Shown here: positions 41,901-53,857 of the stretch, in pieces
Numbering within the stretch: the first letter of the stretch is position 1
How the letters are laid out: the number at the start of each line of letters is the position of its first letter
DNA from: Auanema rhodensis
Lineage: Eukaryota > Animalia > Nematoda
Reading direction: 5' to 3'
DNA: 64,000 bases
Assembly (NCBI GenBank): GCA_964057225.1
Contig: OZ059897.1
Location: 4,588,001 to 4,652,000, forward strand
Translations under genes and position numbers: made by a program
Notes under the pieces: generated by a model
Told to the model about the DNA's origin: nothing
Seen by the model: the letters and a program-made list of their open reading frames with translations, nothing else
Database searches by the model: none

Positions 41901-43875
41901 CATGTACACTCAACATTGCTTCCAAAAACATTGTGACAAAAATTTTCCCGAAAAATTTCTAAATAATTTCACAAAAAGTAGGAGTTTTTAGATTTCTTTT
42001 CTCAAGGCAAAGACGATGGACAATGTTATTCAACGAAAAAATTAATTCTTCAGGGTGAAAATCGAGGATATAAGTGTGAACCTATATCAGTTGATTACTC
42101 GGTGCATTTTTAAGCTAGCGCAAATCTGATAACACAGATCAACGCAGCTTAAAAATCCGCATCGAATGCACTATACTACATTGAGAAACGCTCCATACAA
42201 AAATTAGTTATGATCGTTTGAAAAATAATGCATTAGTGTATGTTGAGTTCCCATGTACACTCAACATTGCTTCCAAAAACATTTTGACAAAAATTTTCCC
42301 GAAAAATTTCTGAATAATTTCACAAAAAGTAGATGTTTTTAGATTCTTTTTTTCAAGACGAATACGATGGACAATGTTTTTCAACGAAAAAATCATTTCT
42401 TCAGGGTGAAAATCGAGGATATAAGTGTGAACATATATCAGTTGATATCTCGGTGCATTTTTAAGCTAACTCAAATCTGATAACACAGATCGACGCAGAT
42501 TAAAAATCCGCATCGAATGCACTATACTACATTGAGAAACGCTCTATACAAAAATTAGTTATGATCGTTTGAAAAATAATGCATTAGTGTATGCTGAGTT
42601 CCCATGTACACTCAACATTGCTTCCAAAAACATTGTGACAAAAATTTTCCCGAAAAATTTCTAAATAATTTCACAAAAAGTAGATGTTTTTAGATTCCTT
42701 TTTTCAAGACGAATACGATGGACAATGTTATTCAACGAAAAAATTAATTCTTCAGGGTGAAAATCGAGGATATAAGTGTGAACTTATATCAGTTGATATC
42801 TCGGTGCATTTTTAAGCTAGTGCAAATCTGATAACACAGATCGACGCAGCTTAAAAATCCGCATCGAATGCACTATACCACATTGAGAAACGCTTAATAC
42901 AAAATTTAGTTATGATAGTTTGAAAAATAATGCATTAGTGTATGCTGAGTTCCCATGTACACTTAACATTGCTTCCAAAAACATTGTGACAAAAATTTTC
43001 CCGAAAAATTTCTAAATAATTTCACAAAAAGTAGATGTTTTTAGATTCCTTTTTTCAAGACGAATACGATGGACAATGTTTTTCAACGAAAAAATCATTT
43101 CTTCAGGGTGAAAATTGAGGATATAAGTGTGAACATATATCAGTTGATTACTCGGTGCATTTTTAAGCTAGCGCAAATCTGATAACACAGATCAACGCAA
43201 CTCAAAAATCCGCATCGAATGCACTATACTACATTGAGAAACGCTCTATACAAAAATTAGTTATGATCGTTTGAAAAATAATGCATTAGTGTATGCTGAG
43301 TTCCCATGTACACTCAACATTGCTTCCAAAAACATTGTGACAAAAATTTTCCCGAAAAATTTCTAAATAATTTCACAAAAAGTAGATGTTTTTAGATTCC
43401 TTTTTTCAAGACGAATACGATGGACAATGTTTTTCAACGAAAAAATTAATTCTTCAGGGTGAAAATCGAGGATATAAGTGTGAACATATATCAGTTGATT
43501 ACTCGGTGCATTTTTAAGCTAGCGCAAATCTGATAACACAGATCAACGCAGCTTAAAAATCCGCATCGAATGCACTATACTACATTGAGAAACGCTCCAT
43601 ACAAAAATTAGTTATGATCGTTTGAAAAATAATGCATTAGTGTATGTTGAGTTCCCATGTACACTCAACATTGCTTCCAAAAACATTTTGACAAAAATTT
43701 TCCCGAAAAATTTCTAAATAATTTCACAAAAAGTAGATGTTTTTAGATTCCTTTTTTCAAGACGAATACGATGGACAATGTTTTTCAACGAAAAAATCAT
43801 TTCTTCAGGGTGAAAATCGAGGATATAAGTGTGAACATATATCAGTTGATTACTCGGTGCATTTTTAAGCTAGCG

Positions 43876-46800
43876 CAAATCTGATAACACAGATCAACGC
43901 AACTCAAAAATCCGCATCGAATGCACTATACTACATTGAGAAACGCTCTATACAAAAATTAGTTATGATCGTTTGAAAAATAATGCATTAGTGTATGCTG
44001 AGTTCCCATGTACACTCAACATTGCTTCCAAAAACATTGTGACAAAAATTTTCCCGAAAAATTTCTAAATAATTTCACAAAAAGTAGGAGTTTTTAGATT
44101 TCTTTTCTCAAGGCAAAGACGATGGACAATGTTATTCAACGAAAAAATTAATTCTTCAGGGTGAAAATCGAGGATATAAGTGTGAACCTATATCAGTTGA
44201 TTACTCGGTGCATTTTTAAGCTAGCGCAAATCTGATAACACAGATCAACGCAGCTCAAAAATCCGCATCGAATGCACTATACTACATTGAGAAACGCTCT
44301 ATACAAAAATTAGTTATGATCGTTTGAAAAATAATGCATTAGTGTATGCTGAGTTCCCATGTACACTCAACATTGCTTCCAAAAACATTGTGACAAAAAT
44401 TTTCCCGAAAAATTTCTAAATAATTTCACAAAAAGTAGATGTTTTTAGATTCCTTTTTTCAAGACGAATACGATGGACAATGTTTTTCAACGAAAAAATC
44501 ATTTCTTCAGGGTGAAAATCGAGGATATAAGTGTGAACATATATCAGTTGATATCTCGGTGCATTTTTAAGCTAACTCAAATCTGATAACACAGATCGAC
44601 GCAGCTTAAAAATCCGCATCGAATGCACTATACTACATTGAGAAACGCTCTATACAAAAATTAGTTATGATCGTTTGAAAAATAATGCATTAGTGTATGC
44701 TGAGTTCCCATGTACACTCAACATTGCTTCCAAAAACATTGTGACAAAAATTTTCCCGAAAAATTTCTAAATAATTTCACAAAAAGTAGGAGTTTTTAGA
44801 TTTCTTTTCTCAAGGCAAAGACGATGGACAATGTTATTCAACGAAAAAATTAATTCTTCAGGGTGAAAATCGAGGATATAAGTGTGAACCTATATCAGTT
44901 GATTACTCGGTGCATTTTTAAGCTAGCGCAAATCTGATAACACAGATCAACGCAGCTCAAAAATCCGCATCGAATGCACTATACTACATTGAGAAACGCT
45001 CTATACAAAAATTAGTTATGATCGTTTGAAAAATAATGCATTAGTGTATGCTGAGTTCCCATGTACACTCAACATTGCTTCCAAAAACATTGTGACAAAA
45101 ATTTTCCCGAAAAATTTCTAAATAATTTCACAAAAAGTAGATGTTTTTAGATTCCTTTTTTCAAGACGAATACGATGGACAATGTTTTTCAACGAAAAAA
45201 TCATTTCTTCAGGGTGAAAATCGAGGATATAAGTGTGAACATATATCAGTTGATATCTCGGTGCATTTTTAAGCTAACTCAAATCTGATAACACAGATCG
45301 ACGCAGCTTAAAAATCCGCATCGAATGCACTATACTACATTGAGAAACGCTCTATACAAAAATTAGTTATGATCGTTTGAAAAATAATGCATTAGTGTAT
45401 GCTGAGTTCCCATGTACACTCAACATTGCTTCCAAAAACATTGTGACAAAAATTTTCCCGAAAAATTTCTAAATAATTTCACAAAAAGTAGATGTTTTTA
45501 GATTCCTTTTTTCAAGACGAATACGATGGACAATATTTTTCAACGAAAAAATCATTTCTTCAGGGTGAAAATCGAGGATATAAGTGTGAACATATATCAG
45601 TTGATATCTCGGTGCATTTTTAAGCTAACTCAAATCTGATAACACAGATCGACGCAGCTTAAAAATCCGCATCGAATGCACTATACTACATTGAGAAACG
45701 CTCTATACAAAAATTAGTTATGATCGTTTGAAAAATAATGCATTAGTGTATGCTGAGTTCCCATGTACACTCAACATTGCTTCCAAAAACATTGTGACAA
45801 AAATTTTCCCGAAAAATTTCTAAATAATTTCACAAAAAGTAGATGTTTTTAGATTCCTTTTTTCAAGACGAATACGATGGACAATATTTTTCAACGAAAA
45901 AATCATTTCTTCAGGGTGAAAATCGAGGATATAAGTGTGAACATATATCAGTTGATTACTCGGTGCATTTTTAAGCTAGCGCAAATCTGATAACACAGAT
46001 CAACGCAGCTCAAAAATCCGCATCGAATGCACTATACTACATTGAGAAACGCTCTATACAAAAATTAGTTATGATCGTTTGAAAAATAATGCATTAGTGT
46101 ATGCTGAGTTCCCATGTACACTCAACATTGCTTCCAAAAACATTGTGACAAAAATTTTCCCGAAAAATTTCTGAATAATTTCACAAAAAGTAGATGTTTT
46201 TAGATTTTTTTTTTCAAGACGAATACGATGGACAATGTTTTTCAACGAAAAAATCATTTCTTCAGGGTGAAAATCGAGGATATAAGTGTGAACATATATC
46301 AGTTGATATCTCGGTGCATTTTTAAGCTAACTCAAATCTGATAACACAGATCGACGCAGCTTAAAAATCCGCATCGAATGCACTATACTACATTGAGAAA
46401 CGCTCTATACAAAAATTAGTTATGATCGTTTGAAAAATAATGCATTAGTGTATGCTGAGTTCCCATGTACACTCAACATTGCTTCCAAAAACATTGTGAC
46501 AAAAATTTTCCCGAAAAATTTCTAAATAATTTCACAAAAAGTAGATGTTTTTAGATTCCTTTTTTCAAGACGAATACGATGGACAATGTTTTTCAACGAA
46601 AAAATCATTTCTTCAGGGTGAAAATCGAGGATATAAGTGTGAACATATATCAGTCGATATCTCGGTGCATTTTTAAGCTAACTCAAATCTGATAACACAG
46701 ATCAACGCAGCTCAAAAATCCGCATCGAATGCACTATACTACATTGAGAAACGCTCTATTTAAAAATTAGTTATGATTGTTTGAAAAATAATGCATTAGT

Positions 46801-49800
46801 GTATGCTGAGTTCCCATGTACACTCAACATTGCTTCCAAAAACATTGTGACAAAAATTTTCCCGAAAAATTTCTAAATAATTTCACAAAAAGTAGATGTT
46901 TTTAGATTCTTTTTTTCAAGACGAATACGATGGACAATGTTTTTCAACGAAAAAATCATTTCTTCAGGGTGAAAATCGAGGATATAAGTGTGAACATATA
47001 TCAGTTGATTACTCGGTGCATTTTTAAGCTAGCGCAAATCTGATAACACAGATCAACGCAGCTCAAAAATCCGCATCGAATGCACTATACTACATTGAGA
47101 AACGCTCTATACAAAAATTAGTTATGATCGTTTGAAAAATAATGCATTAGTGTATGCTGAGTTCCCATGTACACTCAACATTGCTTCCAAAAACATTGTG
47201 ACAAAAATTTTCCCGAAAAATTTCTAAATAATTTCACAAAAAGTAGGAGTTTTTAGATTTCTTTTCTCAAGGCAAAGACGATGGACAATGTTATTCAACG
47301 AAAAAATTAATTCTTCAGGGTGAAAATCGAGGATATAAGTGTGAACCTATATCAGTTGATTACTCGGTGCATTTTTAAGCTAGCGCAAATCTGATAACAC
47401 AGATCAACGCAGCTCAAAAATCCGCATCGAATGCACTATACTACATTGAGAAACGCTCTATACAAAAATTAGTTATGATCGTTTGAAAAATAATGCATTA
47501 GTGTATGCTGAGTTCCCATGTACACTCAACATTGCTTCCAAAAACATTGTGACAAAAATTTTCCCGAAAAATTTCTAAATAATTTCACAAAAAGTAGATG
47601 TTTTTAGATTCCTTTTTTCAAGACGAATACGATGGACAATGTTTTTCAACGAAAAAATCATTTCTTCAGGGTGAAAATCGAGGATATAAGTGTGAACATA
47701 TATCAGTTGATATCTCGGTGCATTTTTAAGCTAACTCAAATCTGATAACACAGATCGACGCAGCTTAAAAATCCGCATCGAATGCACTATACTACATTGA
47801 GAAACGCTCTATACAAAAATTAGTTATGATCGTTTGAAAAATAATGCATTAGTGTATGCTGAGTTCCCATGTACACTCAACATTGCTTCCAAAAACATTG
47901 TGACAAAAATTTTCCCGAAAAATTTCTAAATAATTTCACAAAAAGTAGGAGTTTTTAGATTTCTTTTCTCAAGGCAAAGACGATGGACAATGTTATTCAA
48001 CGAAAAAATTAATTCTTCAGGGTGAAAATCGAGGATATAAGTGTGAACCTATATCAGTTGATTACTCGGTGCATTTTTAAGCTAGCGCAAATCTGATAAC
48101 ACAGATCAACGCAGCTCAAAAATCCGCATCGAATGCACTATACTACATTGAGAAACGCTCTATACAAAAATTAGTTATGATCGTTTGAAAAATAATGCAT
48201 TAGTGTATGCTGAGTTCCCATGTACACTCAACATTGCTTCCAAAAACATTGTGACAAAAATTTTCCCGAAAAATTTCATAATAATTTCACAAAAAGTAGA
48301 TGTTTTTAGATTCCTTTTTTCAAGACGAATACGATGGACAATGTTTTTCAACGAAAAAATCATTTCTTCAGGGTGAAAATCGAGGATATAAGTGTGAACA
48401 TATATCAGTTGATATCTCGGTGCATTTTTAAGCTAACTCAAATCTGATAACACAGATCGACGCAGCTTAAAAATCCGCATCGAATGCACTATACTACATT
48501 GAGAAACGCTCTATACAAAAATTAGTTATGATCGTTTGAAAAATAATGCATTAGTGTATGCTGAGTTCCCATGTACACTCAACATTGCTTCCAAAAACAT
48601 TGTGACAAAAATTTTCCCGAAAAATTTCTAAATAATTTCACAAAAAGTAGATGTTTTTAGATTCCTTTTTTCAAGACGAATACGATGGACAATATTTTTC
48701 AACGAAAAAATCATTTCTTCAGGGTGAAAATCGAGGATATAAGTGTGAACATATATCAGTTGATATCTCGGTGCATTTTTAAGCTAACTCAAATCTGATA
48801 ACACAGATCGACGCAGCTTAAAAATCCGCATCGAATGCACTATACTACATTGAGAAACGCTCTATACAAAAATTAGTTATGATCGTTTGAAAAATAATGC
48901 ATTAGTGTATGCTGAGTTCCCATGTACACTCAACATTGCTTCCAAAAACATTGTGACAAAAATTTTCCCGAAAAATTTCTAAATAATTTCACAAAAAGTA
49001 GATGTTTTTAGATTCCTTTTTTCAAGACGAATACGATGGACAATATTTTTCAACGAAAAAATCATTTCTTCAGGGTGAAAATCGAGGATATAAGTGTGAA
49101 CATATATCAGTTGATTACTCGGTGCATTTTTAAGCTAGCGCAAATCTGATAACACAGATCAACGCAGCTCAAAAATCCGCATCGAATGCACTATACTACA
49201 TTGAGAAACGCTCTATACAAAAATTAGTTATGATCGTTTGAAAAATAATGCATTAGTGTATGCTGAGTTCCCATGTACACTCAACATTGCTTCCAAAAAC
49301 ATTGTGACAAAAATTTTCCCGAAAAATTTCTGAATAATTTCACAAAAAGTAGATGTTTTTAGATTCTTTTTTTCAAGACGAATACGATGGACAATGTTTT
49401 TCAACGAAAAAATCATTTCTTCAGGGTGAAAATCGAGGATATAAGTGTGAACATATATCAGTTGATATCTCGGTGCATTTTTAAGCTAACTCAAATCTGA
49501 TAACACAGATCGACGCAGCTTAAAAATCCGCATCGAATGCACTATACTACATTGAGAAACGCTCTATACAAAAATTAGTTATGATCGTTTAAAAAATAAT
49601 GCATTAGTGTATGCTGAGTTCCCATGTACACTCAACATTGCTTCCAAAAACATTGTGACAAAAATTTTCCCGAAAAATTTCTAAATAATTTCACAAAAAG
49701 TAGATGTTTTTAGATTCCTTTTTTCAAGACGAATACGATGGACAATGTTTTTCAACGAAAAAATCATTTCTTCAGGGTGAAAATCGAGGATATAAGTGTG

Positions 49801-50895
49801 AACATATATCAGTTGATATCTCGGTGCATTTTCAAGCTAACTCAAATCTGATAACACAGATCGACGCAGCTTAAAAATCCGCATCGAATGCACTATACTA
49901 CATTGAGAAACGCTCTATACAAAAATTAGTTATGATCGTTTGAAAAATAATGCATTAGTGTATGCTGAGTTCCCATGTACACTCAACATTGCTTCCAAAA
50001 ACATTGTGACAAAAATTTTCCCGAAAAATTTCCAAATAATTTCACGAAAAGTAGGAGTTTTTAGATTTCTTTTTTCAAGGCAAAGACGATGGACAATGTT
50101 ATTCAACGAAAAAATTAATTCTTCAGGGTGAAAATCGAGGATATAAGTGTGAACCTATATCAGTTGATTACTCGGTGCATTTTTAAGCTAGCGCAAATCT
50201 GATAACACAGATCAACGCAGCTTAAAAATCCGCATCGAATGCACTATACTACATTGAGAAACGCTCCATACAAAAATTAGTTATGATCGTTTGAAAAATA
50301 ATGCATTAGTGTATGTTGAGTTCCCATGTACACTCAACATTGCTTCCAAAAACATTTTGACAAAAATTTTCCCGAAAAATTTCTGAATAATTTCACAAAA
50401 AGTAGATGTTTTTAGATTCTTTTTTTCAAGACGAATACGATGGACAATGTTTTTCAACGAAAAAATCATTTCTTCAGGGTGAAAATCGAGGATATAAGTG
50501 TGAACATATATCAGTCGATATCTCGGTGCATTTTTAAGCTAACTCAAATCTGATAACACAGATCAACGCAGCTCAAAAATCCGCATCGAATGCACTATAC
50601 TACATTGAGAAACGCTCTATTTAAAAATTAGTTATGATTGTTTGAAAAATAATGCATTAGTGTATGCTGAGTTCCCATGTACACTCAACATTGCTTCCAA
50701 AAACATTGTGACAAAAATTTTCCCGAAAAATTTCTAAATAATTTCACAAAAAGTAGATGTTTTTAGATTCTTTTTTTCAAGACGAATACGATGGACAATG
50801 TTTTTCAACGAAAAAATCATTTCTTCAGGGTGAAAATCGAGGATATAAGTGTGAACATATATCAGTTGATTACTCGGTGCATTTTTAAGCTAGCG
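43876..50895 (+). repeat. 9-monomer unit (43876-47034) followed by an 11-monomer derivative (47035-50895)
   Basis: The CAATATT variants at 45535/45886 recur at 48694/49045 (+3159 = 9 x 351), as do ORFs 46069/49228. The terminal markers CAGTCGAT, CTATTTAAAA and GATTG recur at +3861 (11 x 351), e.g. 46655/50516. Confidence 0.8.
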
Positions 50896-51017
50896 CAAAT
50901 CTGATAACACAGATCAACGCAGCTCAAAAATCCGCATCGAATGCACTATACTACATTGAGAAACGCTCCATACAAAAATTAGTTATGATCGTTTGAAAAA
51001 TAATGCATTAGTGTATG

Positions 51018-51040
51018 TTGAGTTTTTGAGTTAAGAAATT
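51018..51040. other. Satellite strand-switch (inversion) junction with 8-nt insert TTTGAGTT (51025-51032)
   Basis: The junction reads ...GTGTATGTTGAGTT | TTTGAGTT | AAGAAATTTAAAAACTCCTAC... The forward monomer stops at position 129 and the reverse monomer starts at position 229. Confidence 0.95.
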
Positions 51041-53857
51041 TAAAAACTCCTACTTTTTGTGAAATTATTTAGAAATTTTTCGGGAAAATTTTTGTCACAA
51101 TGTTTTTGGAAGCAATGTTGAGTGTACATGGGAACTCAGCATACACTAATGCATTATTTTTCAAACGATCATAACTAATTTTTAAATAGAGCGTTTCTCA
51201 ATGTAGTATAGTGCATTCGATGCGGATTTTTGAGCTGCGTTGATCTGTGTTATCAGATTTGCGCTAGCTTAAAAATGCACCGAGTAATCAACTGATATAT
51301 GTTCACACTTATATCCTCGATTTTCACCCTGAAGAAATGATTTTTTCGTTGAAAAACATTGTCCATCGTATTCGTCTTGAAAAAAAGAATCTAAAAACAT
51401 CTACTTTTTGTGAAATTATTTAGAAATTTTTCGGGAAAATTTTTGTCACAATGTTTTTGGAAGCAATGTTGAGTGTACATGGGAACTCAGCATACACTAA
51501 TGCATTATTTTTCAAACGATCATAACTAATTTTTAAATAGAGCGTTTCTCAATGTAGTATAGTGCATTCGATGCGGATTTTTGAGCTGCGTTGATCTGTG
51601 TTATCAGATTTGAGTTAGCTTAAAAATGCACCGAGATATCAACTGATATATGTTCACACTTATATCCTCGATTTTCACCCTGAAGAAATGATTTTTTCGT
51701 TGAAAAACATTGTCCATCGTATTCGTCTTGAAAAAAAGAATCTAAAAACATCTACTTTTTGTGAAATTATTCAGAAATTTTTCGGGAAAATTTTTGTCAA
51801 AATGTTTTTGGAAGCAATGTTGAGTGTACATGGGAACTCAACATACACTAATGCATTATTTTTCAAACGATCATAACTAATTTTTGTATGGAGCGTTTCT
51901 CAATGTAGTATAGTGCATTCGATGCGGATTTTTAAGCTGCGTTGATCTGTGTTATCAGATTTGCGCTAGCTTAAAAATGCACCGAGTAATCAACTGATAT
52001 AGGTTCACACTTATATCCTCGATTTTCACCCTGAAGAATTAATTTTTTCGTTGAATAACATTGTCCATCGTCTTTGCCTTGAAAAAAGAAATCTAAAAAC
52101 TCCTACTTTTCGTGAAATTATTTAGAAATTTTTCGGGAAAATTTTTGTCACAATGTTTTTGGAAGCAATGTTGAGTGTACATGGGAACTCAGCATACACT
52201 AATGCATTATTTTTCAAACGATCATAACTAATTTTTGTATAGAGCGTTTCTCAATGTAGTATAGTGCATTCGATGCGGATTTTTAAGCTGCGTCGATCTG
52301 TGTTATCAGATTTGAGTTAGCTTGAAAATGCACCGAGATATCAACTGATATATGTTCACACTTATATCCTCGATTTTCACCCTGAAGAAATGATTTTTTC
52401 GTTGAAAAACATTGTCCATCGTATTCGTCTTGAAAAAAGGAATCTAAAAACATCTACTTTTTGTGAAATTATTTAGAAATTTTTCGGGAAAATTTTTGTC
52501 ACAATGTTTTTGGAAGCAATGTTGAGTGTACATGGGAACTCAGCATACACTAATGCATTATTTTTCAAACGATCATAACTAATTTTTGTATAGAGCGTTT
52601 CTCAATGTAGTATAGTGCATTCGATGCGGATTTTTGAGCTGCGTTGATCTGTGTTATCAGATTTGCGCTAGCTTAAAAATGCACCGAGTAATCAACTGAT
52701 ATAGGTTCACACTTATATCCTCGATTTTCACCCTGAAGAATTAATTTTTTCGTTGAATAACATTGTCCATCGTCTTTGCCTTGAGAAAAGAAATCTAAAA
52801 ACTCTTACTTTTTGTGAAATTATTTAGAAATTTTTCGGGAAAATTTTTGTCACAATGTTTTTGGAAGCAATGTTGAGTGTACATGGGAACTCAGCATACA
52901 CTAATGCATTATTTTTCAAACGATCATAACTAATTTTTGTATAGAGCGTTTCTCAATGTAGTATAGTGCATTCGATGCGGATTTTTGAGTTGCGTTGATC
53001 TGTGTTATCAGATTTGCGCTAGGTTAAAAATGCACCGAGTAATCAACTGATATATGTTCACACTTATATCCTCGATTTTCACCCTGAAGAAATGATTTTT
53101 TCGTTGAAAAATATTGTCCATCGTATTCGTCTTGAAAAAAGGAATCTAAAAACATCTACTTTTTGTGAAATTATTTAGAAATTTTTCGGGAAAATTTTTG
53201 TCACAATGTTTTTGGAAGCAATGTTGAGTGTACATGGGAACTCAGCATACACTAATGCATTATTTTTCAAACGATCATAACTAATTTTTAAATAGAGCGT
53301 TTCTCAATGTAGTATAGTGCATTCGATGCGGATTTTTGAGCTGCGTTGATCTGTGTTATCAGATTTGAGTTAGCTTAAAAATGCACCGAGATATCAACTG
53401 ATATATGTTCACACTTATATCCTCGATTTTCACCCTGAAGAAATGATTTTTTCGTTGAAAAACATTGTCCATCGTATTCGTCTTGAAAAAAGGAATCTAA
53501 AAACATCTACTTTTTGTGAAATTATTTAGAAATTTTTCGGGAAAATTTTTGTCACAATGTTTTTGGAAGCAATGTTGAGTGTACATGGGAACTCAGCATA
53601 CACTAATGCATTATTTTTTAAACGATCATAACTAATTTTTGTATGGAGCGTTTCTCAATGTAGTATAGTGCATTCGATGCGGATTTTTAAGCTGCGTTGA
53701 TCTGTGTTATCAGATTTGCGCTAGCTTAAAAATGCACCGAGTAATCAACTGATATAGGTTCACACTTATATCCTCGATTTTCACCCTGAAGAATTAATTT
53801 TTTCGTTGAAAAACATTGTCCATCGTATTCGTCTTGAAAAAAGGAATCTAAAAACAT

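Larger units (their letters stand above)
1..51024 (+). repeat. Tandem satellite DNA array, 351-bp monomer, forward orientation (145 full monomers + 129-bp partial)
   Basis: CAAATCTGATAACACAGATC recurs at 1, 352, ... 50896 (50895 = 145 x 351). ORF-track spacings are multiples of 351 except one +1 and one -1. Hand count of monomer 1 gives 57 C + 52 G of 351 (31% GC). The strand label is arbitrary. Confidence 0.99.

Noticed and set aside
51018-51032. TTGAGTT direct repeat as a transposon target-site duplication or excision footprint
   Set aside because: No element sequence is present, and the flanks are in opposite orientations and non-contiguous monomer positions, which a simple excision would not produce.
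51344-51360. CENP-B-box-like word TTTCGTTGAAAAACATT
   Set aside because: It resembles the first half of the CENP-B box (TTCG....A) but lacks the essential CGGG. A chance match is plausible.
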